From the human T2T-CHM13v2.0 reference genome, Homo sapiens, in assembly GCF_009914755.1 (NCBI RefSeq), contig NC_060932.1: a stretch of DNA of 64,000 nucleotides, one strand, 5' to 3'. A program made the position numbers and the translations under genes. Below are positions 1 to 16,908 of this stretch, piece after piece. The notes under the pieces are model-generated. The model saw only the letters and a list, made by a program, of their open reading frames with translations, did not search any database and had not been told where the DNA came from. How positions within the stretch are numbered: the stretch's first letter is position 1; each line of letters starts with the position of its first letter.

Positions 1-672
1 GAAATCCACCCACTCAAGCCTCACTAATGGCAGATGTCCCTCCCCCCACCAAGGTCGAGTATCCCAGGTTGACTTCAGACTACTGTGCTGGCAGTGAGAA
101 TTTCAAGCCAGTGGATCTTAGCTTGCTGGGCTCTGTGGGGGTGAGATCCACTGAGGTAGACCACTGGGCTCCCTGGCTTCAGCCCCCTTTCCAGGGCAGT
201 GAATGGTTCTGTCTTGCTGGCATTCCAGTTGCCACTGAGGTATGAAAAAAAAAAAAGCAACAAAAAAAACTCCTGCAGCTAGCTCGGTGTCTGCCCAAAC
301 AGCTGCCCAGTTTTGTGCTTGAAACCCAGGGCCCTGGTGGTGTAGGCACCCAAGGGAATCTGCTGGTCTGCGGGTTGTAAAGACCTTGGGAAAAGCGTAG
401 TATCTGGGCTGGAGTGCGCTGTTCCTCAAGGCACAGTCCCTCATGGTTTCCCTTGGCTAGGGGAGGGAGTTCCCTGACCCTTTGCACTTCCTGGGTTAGG
501 TGACACCGCACCCTGCCCTCTGTGGGCTGCACCCACTGTGTAACTGGTCCCAATAAGATGAGCCAGCTACCTCAGTTGGAAATGCAGAAATCGCCTGCCT
601 TCTTCATTGATCTCACTGGGAGCTGCAAATAGGACCAGAGCTGTTCCTATTTGGCCATCTTGCCAGCCACCA
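1..672 (-). mobile_element. LINE-1 5'UTR (L1PA7/8-like); element continues leftward out of the window
   Basis: Reverse complement of the L1 5' terminus (ctgttcctatttggccatcttg, YY1 core gccatctt at ~654-661), preceded by typical antisense 5'UTR sequence (gacttcagactactgtgctggcagtgagaa; tcagttggaaatgcagaaatc). Confidence 0.9.
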
Positions 673-673
673 C

Positions 674-1370
674 CCAGCTTTGTTCTTTTTGCTTAGGATT
701 GACTTGGCTATTTGGGCTCTTTTTTGGTTCCATATGAATTTTAAAACAGTTTTTCATAATTCTGTGAAAAATGTCAATGGTAGTTTAATGGGAATAGCAT
801 CAAATCTATACATTACTTTGGTCAGTATGGCCATTTTCATGATTCTGATTCTTCCTATCCATGAGCATGGAATGTTTCTCTATTTGTTTGTGTCCTCTCT
901 GATTTCTCTGAGCAGTGGTTTGTAGTTCTCCTTGAAGAGGTCCTTCACATCCCTCATAAGTTGTATTCCTAGGTATTCTATTCTTTTTGTAGCAATTATG
1001 AATGGGAGTTCATTCATGATTTGGTTCTCTGCTTGCCTGTTAATGGTGTATAGGAATGCTAGAGATTTTTGCATATTGATTTTATATGCTGAGATTTTGC
1101 TGAAGTTGCTTATCAGCACAAGAAGCTTTTGGGCTGAGATGATGGGGTTTTCTAGATATAGGATCTTGTCGTCTGAAAACAATGATGACTTCCTCTCATC
1201 TTATTTGGATATTTGGATGCCTTTTCTTTCTTTCTTCCCCTTGCCTGATTGCCCTGGCCAGGACTTCCATACTATGTTGAATAGGATTGGTGAGAGGGGG
1301 CATCCTTGTCTTGTGCCAGTTTTCAAGGGGAATGCTTCCATCTTTTGCCTATTCAGTATGATGTTGGCTG
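674..1370 (-). mobile_element. LINE-1 ORF2 (RT region) fragment, disrupted
   Basis: Minus ORFs 880..1182 ([20 protein letters not shown]...YLGIQL) and 1201..1386 ([17 protein letters not shown]) are L1 RT motifs in different frames. Confidence 0.92.
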
Positions 1371-1391
1371 GCTGCTCTTTCCACATTTTAG

Positions 1392-1709
<318 letters not shown>

Positions 1710-2049
1710 TAGAATGCATTCCCAAAAGTGAGACTCCTCGGGTGAGGGATTCACATATTTTAAAGGCTTTTGGTGCATCCCTGTAGTTGGTCCTGATGCC
1801 TCCTCTCTCCAGCAGCCTCCCAGCACATCCTCCTGCTGCTGCTTCTGTTTCCTGCTTCCCGGACAGCATTCGAGTTGGGGACTTGAGTTAAAAATACTTT
1901 TTGCAAATTGGATGCATAAAATATAGTACCCTCTTATTTTAACTATTTCATTAATTGAAACATTTTCCAAATGTTCACTAATACTTTGTGTTTACCCTTT
2001 TGCTAATTGTCAGCTGCTGTGCTTTGTCCACCTTAGAAAAATTGAGTTT

Positions 2050-2338
2050 GTCCTGGTGCGGTGGCTCACACCTGTAATCCAAACACTTTGGGAGGCCAAG
2101 GTGGGAGGACTGCTTTAGGCCCAGGAGTTCGAGACCATTCGGAGAAACACAGTGAGACCCCCCATCTCTACAAAAAAAAAATATAAAAAAATTAGCCGGG
2201 CATCTGTTTGTGGTCTCAGCTACCTGGGAGACTGATACAAAAGGATCGCTTGAGCCCAGAAGTACAAGGCTGCAGTGAGCTATGACTGTGCCACTGCCAC
2301 TGCACTCTAGTCTGGGCAGCAGGGAACTAAAAAAAAAT
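2050..2338 (+). mobile_element. Alu (AluJ-like)
   Basis: ggtgcggtggctcacacctgtaatcc..., AluJ-type ttgagccca motif, A-tail. Confidence 0.9.
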
Positions 2339-2413
2339 AGAGTTCCAAGGATTTTTTTGGTTTATTTATATGAGGCTTTATATGTGAAGGTTATTGACCT
2401 ACATGTTTATTGT

Positions 2414-2961
<548 letters not shown>

Positions 2962-3998
2962 TAGGACTATATAGAAACAGTAGACATTGTGCATATTGTT
3001 TATTTCACTCTTTTCTAAAGGAGCTTGAGGCTGTTAGGGAGGAGCAAATGAGTTCTGAGCAGCTGTACGACAAAAATCAGAAGAAATGAGAAAGCCTCGG
3101 AGAACTGCTAAGCCGGCGCTGCAGTAAGCCCGGAATCCGCTAGGTGTCAGGGCAGAACTCTGCTGCCTGAGTTCTGCGAGGAGACAGGCTTCCATTTACT
3201 CCCATCCAAAGTCAACAGCGCGCTGCTCAAGAGAATATTACTTTTTGAGAAGAAACAAAAGGTCTTGGATATGATAACACACAAACACAGTTAAAAGTTT
3301 GTCCCCTAGCTCACAAACTGCAAAGACTTTTCCTATATCGCCGGGTAAGACTCACAAAGAATTCAGAACTTTTGTCTTGGCATTTCAGGGCACCTTCCAT
3401 TTGGAAACACTCGTGACTGTGAATAGGTTGGTAAAATCCTTTCTCTTCTCTTTGTGGCCCCCTCACAAAATGTCTACCTGCTTCTTCACCTTGGGCTGCC
3501 CTTTTCCACCCCTGACCCCATTAAGCTCCATAATCCTCGCTCCTTCCTTAGTGGTGGGGGCCACGGCCTGGCACAACGTCCTCTCTCCTAGAAGTTACCT
3601 GGAGGACCATAGTTGGGGAGGGGACACCCAATTCCTGAAGCCCCGTTCTGGTCCCAGCTCACTCATTAGATGCCTCACTGGGTGCATTTAAATCAGAGTG
3701 GCTGTTTCAGGCTCTGGCCCCAACTAGCAACTGATTGCTCCTGGAGCTGCCTCCCCATGGGGGTTTCTGTGAGGGTCCGGCTGCGCCACCCTCTTCCTCC
3801 TGTCCACCCTCCAGAAGCACCCTCATGGAGCGCCTTGTCTTCTCCACCGTAAATGCTTGTTGGGTAAGGGGATTGTGTGCAAGGTCCGCGGGGCTGGACT
3901 CATCCCTCTTCTTTGTCGGGGAGGGCCACACAACAGCCCAGGGGAACGAGTGGCCTTTCTGCTCCCACCTGCAATGCCCCCACGTCAAGCAGTCACAG

Positions 3999-4000
<2 letters not shown>

Positions 4001-4042
<42 letters not shown>
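4001..4042. repeat. (TG)n microsatellite
   Basis: About 21 uninterrupted GT units. Confidence 0.97.
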
Positions 4043-4045
<3 letters not shown>

Positions 4046-4079
4046 AAGTCAGTCCAGGGACGCTGGGGTGACAGAGCTT

Positions 4080-4340
4080 ATCTTACGCATTTTGGGCTGC
4101 TGTAAAAAAATCTGGTGAAGGCCCCTCCAGATGGCAGATTCCAGACGTGTCTATCCGCACACAGCGGGGAGCAGAGACAACAAGCTCTGCGTCGCTTCTT
4201 GTAAGGCACGAATGCCATCATGAGGACTCCACCCTCACGACCTCCTCACCTCCCAAAGACCCGCTCCAAATACCATCACACTGGGGTTTAGGGTTTCAGC
4301 ATATGAGTTTTGTTGGAGGATAAATAGGCAGACCATACCA
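4080..4340 (-). mobile_element. ERVL-MaLR LTR remnant (MST/MLT1A-like), internally deleted
   Basis: tccaccctcacgacc...cacctcccaaag...aataccatcacactgggg...tttcagcatatgagtttt...cagaccata resembles the MST/MLT1A antisense end. Confidence 0.7.
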
Positions 4341-4775
4341 TAGCATAGCCAGTATTCACTTGCATAAGGCAAGCACATGGTGTTGGAGTTGCTAGGGCTC
4401 CTCTCGTCCTCCACCAAGTCTTGAAAGTGTTTTGGGTAGCCCATGGGCAATGAATAAGGGGGCTTAGTACTTACAGTGGGGGCCATCCACCTGCCTTTAC
4501 TCATACTAAAAGCCCTTTGCATCAAGCTTTTGACAGTAGCTTATTGAATAAGATTAATGATTGAATTAATTAGGCAAATTTTCATTCAAACAATCACTTT
4601 TTGATGTGAAGGAGAAATCCACTTTCACCATGAATTGTATGTAAATCAGGACATTGGCCTCTGGAACTATTTTGGAATTTTTTTGACCTTTCACACGAAT
4701 TATCTTTTTGTTTTAAGGAACAGGGAAGATGTGAAGACATATGGTGAGAATTGCCTTGGGCTGAATGTGGCCCAA

Positions 4776-4851
4776 GTGGTGTGTGTGTGTGTGTCTGTGT
4801 GTCTGTGTGTGTGTGATGTAGTGTAGTGTGTGTGGTGTGGTGTGTGTGTGG
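4776..4851. repeat. Imperfect (TG)n / (GTGGT)n repeat
   Basis: Seen directly. Confidence 0.9.
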
Positions 4852-5442
4852 GTCAATGCCCAGTTCTTCTCAAAGCCCTTCCTTTCTGAGCTTGCTTTGC
4901 AAATCTGAAAATGGAAATTAGAATACGTGTTCTGTGTCCAGCACAGCACGGTTGTGAAGATCAATAAGATAATCTGTGTGGAAGTGCTATATAAACAATC
5001 AGCTGTAGTTTACATATGCTACGAAAGTCATCTGAACATTCATTGCCATTTGGCAACATCCCATCCCAGTTTACATCTTCAATTTCCTTTTGTGCTATTT
5101 ATTTCAAAGGCCAGGGCGGGAAGTGTATCAGTCGTAGAACACGTTCACTTCCCAATCCCTGTGCCTTTGTCTTCTCCTCATTAGGAGACACTGGATTGGA
5201 CTCTTCATGTTTACTAAGAGGGTCTCTGTAAAGGGCTCCTCTCATTTTGTGGCTTCTGCCTCTCCTCTTCAAAGCTAGGAAATCACTTCAGTGAAGAAAT
5301 GAATTATGCATCAGTGTGTCAGGGCTAAGGAGAGAGTAAGGGGGCCAGCTCCACACCCCGAAGGGCTTGAGGATTATTTGGGAATTTAGTGTGGAAGTTG
5401 TTGGGCTGGATAGGATAAGGGAGGGAGGAAGGTAAGGTTTGG

Positions 5443-6075
5443 GGTGTGTGTGGTTTGTGTGTGATGTAAGGTGCATGTGAGTGGTGTGTATGTGTATATG
5501 TGTGGTGTAGTGTGTGTGAAATATGGTGTGGTGTGTGTTTGTGGTGTGGTATGTGTGGTGTGGTGTATGTGTGGTGTGTGAGTGTGGTGTGTTTGTGTGT
5601 GGTATGTGTGTGATATGGTGTGGTGTATGTGTGGTGTGGTGTATGTGTGGTGTTTGTGTGGTATGTGTGTGATATGGCGTGGTGTGTGTGTGGTGTGTGT
5701 ATGTGATATGTTGTGTATGTGTGGTGTGGTATGTGTGTGGTGTATGTGTGATGTGTTGTGTGGTGTGTGTGTGTGATGTGTGTGTGTGATGTGGTATGTG
5801 TGTGGTGTGTGAGTGATGTGGTATGTGTGTGGTGTGTGTGTGATGTGGTATGGTGTGGTGTGTGTGTGATGTGGTATGTGTGTGGTGTGTGTGTGATGTG
5901 GTATGGTGTGGTGTGTGTGTGATGTGATATGTGTGTGGTGTGTGATGTATGTGTGTTGTGTGTGTGTGATGTGGTCTGGGTGGTGTGTGTGATGTGGTAT
6001 GGTGGTGTGTGGTGTGTGTGGTGCAGTGCGATGTGTGCGGTGTGTGTGTGGTGTGGTGTCCTGTGGTGTGGTGTC
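5443..6075. repeat. ~630-bp degenerate TG-rich repeat (TG, GTGGT, GTAT, GTGAT units)
   Basis: Almost C-free on the + strand; generates the spurious His/Thr and Cys/Val ORFs. Confidence 0.95.
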
Positions 6076-8449
6076 AGTGGAAATGATCCTATGTTTCTTG
6101 GGGACTGGGGCCTCAAGGCTTGAGTTCCTGGATTCCACCACCAGAAGGGGCTCTGATAACGCCCAGGCCCTGTCACCCCAGCTATGGCTGCATGGCCCTT
6201 TGTGGCCACTGGTGTAAGCACAATGCTTTGGCAACACTGGTTGTATACTAAACACAATTCAGTGTCAGGTGTCCCGTAAGCACAAGGGTGGCCCCAGGAA
6301 GGAGCTAGGCCGTAGACGGAAGTGTGGGTGGGGCTGCTCCTCGGGTGGAAGGGAGTGTGGAACAGTGCAGACAGTGTGCAGAGCATGAGCAAGCCTGTTT
6401 CTGCATGACTGAGGTGAGTCCTACTGGAGGCCAGTGCTCTCGAAGGTAGTGGTGAGCTGCTGAGAAGTGTGTCAGAAGACATAGGGGCCTGATGGACTGG
6501 GAAGGTGAAGAGTGGTTTGGGGTCACTGAGGCTGGGTGTAGTGGAAAAGGGGTTGGCAGCCGCCGACTTGCTGATTTAGAACACGTGGGATGGTCGAGGC
6601 CGTGGGGACAGGGTCTTGCTGACTCTGGGGTTAAGCAAACGTTATATCCCAGCTTAGAATGATGTGTTATCAAAACACATTTAAATTACTCCATTGCTTT
6701 ACTATTTAATTTATATTTGTTTAATCCATGTTCTAAATCTCTTGGTTCTTCACTGGTAAGCTTCCAGTAGACAGAAACCATTTGTCCGGTGGTTTCGTGC
6801 AGCTTTGAATAGAGGGCCCTGTGTAGGATCATAGCCTCCTTTTTATCCTGACTTGAGCACTCATTTGGGTAAATGCAGTTGATTTCTGAAATGTTTGGTA
6901 AAATACTGTGGTTGGTTGGGTAATTTTCTGTGGCCGAAAAGATCATCTTTTAGGCCCCACCTAGGTTACTAATATCCTTATGAAAACGTATGAGAATTTC
7001 CTATGAGTTGTTAATTTTTTAATCAAAATACTTTGTCTATTTTTTATTTTGTTATTGAAAATAGATGAAGCAATTAGAACGTTTTGGGGCCTAATTGCTT
7101 GCCAAATATAACTTGCTTCCAAACTGAAATGGTCTTGGAGCTGTACTGCCACAAACAGTGTTTGCAACCAGTAAGCTATATTTATTTTTAGCTTTTGAAA
7201 CAGCCAAATAGTTTGCCCTCAATTTTCAGAGGAAAAAAATTCCTTCTGGGCTAAAGCCTTGTGTGCTGAGCATCTTAATGCTGGACCATTCCCATCTGAA
7301 CCCAAATAGTGGAAAACAAAGGTTTCTAGTGATTCACTCTTAATAACAGTTTGGCTGGTGTCATTGCTTATTAAATGCTAGGTTCTTAAATTATAATGAA
7401 GGACGTAGTTATAGGCTGAGTAGATTTAGTCAAGCACATGAAACCAGGAGGCATTACCACACTGTGAGCAATTAGGCGGGGGCAGGGCTGAGCCCGCTGG
7501 GTCAGAGCCTGAGATAAGCTTTCCGATGCGAGATTATGTGGCTTCGGGTTGACCTTGGATATGGGAACTTGAGCCAAAGAAATGATCAATCTGATTTCAG
7601 ATCTGGTTGAGTGGAGGAAAAGGGGCATATGTCCCAAGCCTTGTGTTCTAGACATGCTATCTCCTTTAATCTGATTTAATTGGCAGGTACCAGTATTCTC
7701 TCCTTGTTGGACCATGAGGTCCCACAGGCTGAGGGGCAAATCACCTGCCTGGGGTGTCGCAGCTTTGGTCAGCAGCAGTGCCGGGACTCAGACTTGGCCT
7801 GCCCAGCCGTAGGGCTCCCGCCCTTCCATGGCTGCATGCTGTCTGTATAAAGCAGTAGTTTGATAAGTTTTTGAAAAGTTTTGCTATGTTTTGAATGTAG
7901 ATGGATTTAGTTCTAGTTGGCTGTAGAGTTAGCAAAGTAGGTGTGTGTATATTTTTAAACAACTCAAAACTTTGCTTTTGTTATGGCTGAGTGGAAGTGG
8001 GCATTGACCTTTGGCCTGTCCTCATGCATTTACCCAATTTCAGATTCTTGCTATGTTAGGTCACAGGCCAGGTCTCCCTGGTTTCACCCAGTGTGGCCAG
8101 CACAGGTCACCCCTGGACGCCCTGGTGCTGGAAGAAGATCACAGGGACGTCCTCTCTCTTCATGTCCTGGAGTGGCTTTTATTTCAGTCTGTACCAGAAA
8201 ATTTCCAGGACAAAACTGTGATCAGAACCAAGGAGTAAGCAGCCCCATTTTGATGTAGTTGGGTGCTGGGTGAGTTTGCAAGTGTGAATGGGCTGCGGGA
8301 ATTCGCCGGTGTGTGCTGTCTTCCCTTCCTTACCCTTCCTGCCGTGTAATGTTGTTTTTACCCGTGAAATCTGCAGCCTTGTCAATCTCTCCATGCAAAC
8401 TTCAGGGAAGAGGGTGTCATGCCACATTCTGGTAGAGTGAGAACATGGG

Positions 8450-8640
8450 TTTGAGCATCCGATGCTCCTGGCTTTGAATTCTAACTCTGTGGCTTCCCGG
8501 CTGTGTGACTTGGGGCAGCTACTCCGAGCCTTTGTTTTCTCTTCTGTAAAAGGTAATAATCGTAACCCCTGCCTCCTAGGATTGCTGTGAAAAAGAAAAT
8601 GTTTGTAAGGCTCTAAGGATAGCACCCAGCACATATAATT
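8450..8640 (+). mobile_element. MIR SINE remnant
   Basis: MIR core: ctgtgtgacttggggcag...ttttctcttctgtaaaaggtaataat...aggattgctgtga. Confidence 0.7.
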
Positions 8641-9444
8641 CAGTGTGATTATACATTATTTAGTTTTAAAATTTTGGGGTATTAGACATCCTTGAGGCCA
8701 GGCTGGCATATTTATTTCTTGAAGGCATTGTATGCAGAAGACAAGGATGCTAGTCCTTTGGAGTTTTAATGCTACTGTTGGCTTCTTCCGTGACTGAAAG
8801 GAACTCCTTTTCTCCATCTGTGCCCACCTGCAGCATCTGTCACATTCATCCTGTCTGGGGTTTGGGGCTGTGTGAGAGTAAGTCATGATCCTGGAATCGC
8901 CCCTGCGGGGTGGCTCTGTGTTTTCCTACGTCCAGCCCCAGGGACACAAGAAGGAAAACTTCTGAGAGATTCTCACCAAATGCGGAGGAACTGGAGCCCC
9001 ACAGAGCCAGGTCCTGCTGTGCTAGGGAGACCTCTGAGGCCCAGTAGTGAGGGACACAGTGATATGTGCCTTCTGGAGGGGGGCCTGGGGACTGGGGAGT
9101 CGGGGTTGGGGTGACAGGAGAATACCCAGTCTTTGCAGAAAGCCGGGACCCAGGCTCGCCTCTGACCCTGGGCTGGTGTGACCATAGAACTCTGTCGGGG
9201 CTGCACGAGTGTTCTGGCCTCTGTGTTTGCATGAGGGCTGCAGTTCTCGGAGGAGGAATGCTCAGAGCCTTCCATGCTGCTGAGCTTGGGCTCCCGGGAG
9301 GGGCAGAGATTCGAAGGCCAGGCGTAGTGACCGAAGCACACCCGTCTGCTCCTCACACGCGGAGTGTTTAACTATTGCTGAGAAGGTATTTCAGAGAGTT
9401 ATGACTCTTGCTACCACCAGAGCTGGGACGGGCTAACCTTCCGC

Positions 9445-9680
9445 AGGCACTGACTATGTTGTGGGCAGTGTGCTAACTACCATATATGTGTATGTTGACA
9501 TGCATGTGTATAGTCTAATTGAATCCCATGAGGAAGACATTTCAAGCCCCATTTTCTAGTAAGGAGGACTGAAGCAGTGGAAAGGGCAGAGATGATGGGG
9601 TCAGCCCAGGTCTGCACAGCGGACAGCTGGTGAAGCCAACTCCAGGTATGCCTTGCCCAAAGCCCTGGCTCTGAAACGCC
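9445..9680 (-). mobile_element. MIR SINE remnant
   Basis: cccattttctagtaaggaggactgaagc...cccaggtctgcacagc resembles the MIR antisense core. Confidence 0.55.
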
Positions 9681-10021
9681 ATTGCCAGGTGGCCAGAGCC
9701 TTCTAGTAGAAGCCGTTAGGAGTAGGGCAGGCAGAAGCACTCGCTCTTACTATGTATGAGGCCTGGATTTAGCTTCTCAATCTTGGTGTTCTTACGGGGT
9801 GTCTGTGAGGAGGGCTGATTTCATATTTAAATTGTATAAATAAGCATTGTTGGATAAATAAGCATTGTTGGACATTTATTACATATAAAACTCGGTTTTC
9901 TTTCTTTTCCTCTTTCTCTGCTGTTGAAAATGAAAATAGAAAATGCCTAAAGGCAAAGATTTTCTCCTAGCAGGTTCCACTGAGATTACCCAAGACCTGT
10001 AATATATATGAGGAATTGAAC

Positions 10022-10075
10022 TGAATTCTCAGTCACTTCCATGTGTGTGTATGTGTGTGTGTGTGTGTGTGTGTG
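10022..10075. repeat. (TG)n microsatellite within this interval (core ~10042-10075)
   Basis: Seen directly. Confidence 0.85.
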
Positions 10076-12229
10076 ATTTAATGTTTGAGTTGTTGCCATG
10101 TCCCTTTGATAGGTCATGTTTACTGAGGTTGTTAATAAAATGTCTAAATATTTGTCATGTAATAAAGCTGAACCCAAATGCAGGAAACTGAAGCGTTGTA
10201 ATATAGTGGAAGTCTGGGACAGATAAACAGTCAATAAGAAAGAAAATAGCTAGAGTTCAAAATTACCAAACAGGCACTCAGGAGAAGAATAACCTTTTGA
10301 AAGAATGTGGGAGAAGCAATTTTGAAAAACACTGTGGTGCTCCTGGTCCCATCCCAAACCTTCTCATGTCTCTGCATTACCTCTGTTCAGCACAACACCT
10401 TTGGGTTATTAATCTTTCTGTTCCTTTTTTCTATACAAAGTGATCCCCTGGCACTATATGAGACTGACTTCTATGAATGTAGAATCTTTCATCTGAAAGC
10501 AAAAAATTCATCTGAACAAGACAAGTTTGGATGAAAGGAGAGGCAGTGGGCACTTTCAACTTTCCTGCTTGTAATTTATGACATCTATAGTCTTATTTTG
10601 CAAATGCAAGTCTTGTGCTATCTCAGAAACCTCAAGGAAGAGACTATAATTAGGCTTCAACTTCTGGTTAGGACCCTCCAAAGCCTGAAAACCAGGGTGA
10701 ATTCCTGAGACTACCACAGCAAAGTGTGCTGTTCTCCCAGAACTACCCTCGCCCTGTGTCCTGCCCTCCCTGTTGCTCTGCCTTTGCTCCTTCCGACAGC
10801 CTCCTTGTAGGTGGGACTGAGCTCCCCTAGCCAAGCCAGACCCCACCTTCTTCTCCTTGTGGAGGGCTGTTTTGCCACAGCTTCATTCTCATTGGTAAAC
10901 ATCAATTTCCATATTGATATCACAGTGCCTATTGTACAAGAGCCTAGTGAACACTTCCACTTGAATTCTTTCGCCTGCCTCTGCCTTGGACATGTCTGAG
11001 TTCTAACCTCATCGTTCCTGCAAGCTTTTAGGGCTGGAAGGTGTGAAGGATCTTCCTGTGGCTCCCCCTGGGCTCTGCGTGCAGCGGCTGGGTAGGCTCC
11101 CGGTTCAGACTCACTCCGGCATTCATCCTCCCTCGGCAAGTGTTCACCTCCAGGTGCCGCCCGTGGGAGGGGCAGTGGACCAGGTTGCCAACGGTCCTGG
11201 GACTCCCCTGGAGGACCTGCCACCCTGCAGTGCAGCTCGGGAGACACTGTCACAAGACTGCAGGCCCACACTGCACCGCACTCTGTACTTGGGAAGGGAT
11301 TATTGACCCATTGTTCATTTCTTGGCCATCGAAAAATATACATTTTTTTTTTTCAGGAAGGCCTTGGCATCTCTTATTTTGACTAAGCAGGCAAATTAAC
11401 TTTTCTCTTTTATACTATACTTTTAAGTAAAGGCCTTAACCAGAGCTGGCAGTTTGGGTCTTTGCCATGTGAGACTTGAGAAATAGACACACATTTTTCA
11501 AGGATGTAATCAAGAAGACTTTAGTTACATGCACGATTAATGCTAGGAATAAAAAACTATGCAAAAAAATTAATAAATCTGCTAATTGCTTTTGGTGACA
11601 TGTGTTTAATGAGATCTTTTTAGCCTTGACTTATTTTATTTACATTTGACTTACATACATTTGGGTCCTTAGCCAAAGTGAAACTGAAAAACAACTCACT
11701 GCAAAGATGGAGAGGACTAAGAAAACTATTTTTTTCTTAACTGGGCTTGAAAAAACCTTTTTCATTAAAAGAGAAGTTTTAATGTGGAAGAGTTTGTGTT
11801 TTGCTTTGATCCAAAGAAACTACTAACCATTTTTTAAAAATAGAAAGTGGTTATTATGTTGTATGTTCATAATAAAGGATTCCAAGGCTACCAATGAACA
11901 GAGAATTAGCTAGGTCAAACCAGAAAAGCAGTCACATGGCTCTGCTTCCCAAGGTCCAGGAAATTTGAGGGAACCACTTATAACAGCTTTCCATTTTGTG
12001 GTCTTTCAACTCAACCTTAAGTTACAATTCACAATAACATGGAAACTAAAGTGGGGGAGAGTGAGGAGAAGGAGAAGGGGATAAATTAAGAATAACAACC
12101 ACTATATTCTTGAAATTCATGCTATCAAAAACAGTTTTACTAATAGTCTGAAATATCAAGTAAGATTTGAAAAATTATTTTTTAATATTTCTCAGAATAT
12201 GCTTTACTTTATAGATTTAATGATCATGG

Positions 12230-12722
12230 CATATCAGTTTCCTGTTGCTATTGTAACAAATTACCACAGACCTAGTGGCTTAAAGCAGCACAAGTTTGTT
12301 AGCTTGCATTTCTATGCACCAGAAGTCCAACATGGGTCTTACTTGGCTAAAATGGAGATGTAGCCCAGACTGTGTTCCTCTCTGCAGGTTTGAGGGGAAA
12401 GCCCACGGTTCTTCCAGCTTCAAGTGGTTGTCCGAATTCTTTGACTCATGGCCCCTTCCTCTACCTGAGCCTGCAGTGACAGTTCCTCCTCACATCACAT
12501 CACCTAGATGGGCTCTTCTGGTCTCCTTTTCCACATTTAAGGATCTGTGATCACATTGGACCTCCTGATAATACAATATAATCTCCCTTCTTAAGGCCAG
12601 CTGATTAGCACCCTTAATTCCATCTGCCATCTCCATTCCCTATGGCCATGTGACGTCACATATTCGCGGGTTCTGGGAATCAGGGTGCTGGCCATCTTTG
12701 GGGACCATTATTCTGCCTCCCT
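12230..12722 (-). mobile_element. MLT1C/D-like MaLR solo LTR
   Basis: tgtaacaaattaccacagacctagtggcttaaa...cttaattccatctgc...catctttggggaccattattctgcct. Confidence 0.85.
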
Positions 12723-13089
12723 CCTGTGTTATTGCTTAGGCTTTCAATGTAGTCTGTAGTTGAGAATGGAAATGCAAAAGGTAAAAGATGTTTACCCAAA
12801 GGCTTTAGGTATTTATTCCTTTCTCAGGATTTTACGTGACGTAAGTGTTTATGATGTTTTGATAGAAATATGTTATTTCATAGGTTTCTCACCTCTGAAA
12901 CAGAATAGCCATTCTATCTTGTTAGGTTTACAGAATAAGGTGAACATTATTTCTCGTTCCCTTTGATTAGAGAGTTAGACGTAATCAGATGCCTTAGAGA
13001 AACTCATACCGGGACTGAAGGCTCCTCTCCAGGGGCATGAGGCAGATGAGAGCTGGACTCTAGGCAAGCCAGAAACATGCCTCAACTAA

Positions 13090-13340
13090 CAAGTTATTTT
13101 ATGGACATCAAGAAAGTCACTCTAAAGTTTACATAAAAAGGTAAAAGACCTAGGATAGTTAACACAATATTGAAAAAGAGCAGAGTCAGAGGACCGATGC
13201 TACTCCATTTCAAAATTTACTATAAAGCTATAGTAATCAAGTAGATGTGGTATGGCCAAGGAACACAGGAGAAAATTTAGATGACCTTAGGTTTGGCAAT
13301 GACCTTTTAAATGCAACACTAAAACCATGATCTATGAAAT
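13090..13340 (+). mobile_element. Old L1M ORF2 3' fragments
   Basis: aaaatttactataaagctatagtaatcaag...; aggagaaaatttagatgaccttaggtttggcaatga. Confidence 0.7.
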
Positions 13341-13673
13341 AATTTCATTGATAGTCATAAGACTGTTCAGGATTTCTATTTTATCTTAAGTCAGCTTTGG
13401 CAAGTGTTTCATTTTCTACATAATAAATTACCCTCAAACTTAGTAGCTTTCAATCGTCATTTTTATTATATTTTTGATTCTGTAGATCAGAATCCTGTCA
13501 AGTCACCATGGAAATAGCTTGTTTCTGTTTCATGATGTCTGGAGCTTTCTCTTGACAGACTCCATAGCCAGAGGTTGGAGTCATCCAAAGGCATCTTTAC
13601 GCACTTACCTGAGGATTGACACCGGCTGTCAGCTGAGATTTCAGCCTTGGCTTCTATAGAGCATGGTGGCTTA

Positions 13674-16908
<3,235 letters not shown>

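Noticed and set aside
5325-6482. 385-aa and 289-aa His/Thr-rich ORFs
   Set aside because: Translations of the (CA)-rich strand of a simple repeat, which lacks stops for compositional reasons. No domain or gene structure.
10711-11382. 210-aa ORF and GC-rich patch
   Set aside because: No recognisable homology; overlapping ORFs in several frames are expected in GC-rich DNA. An exon cannot be supported.
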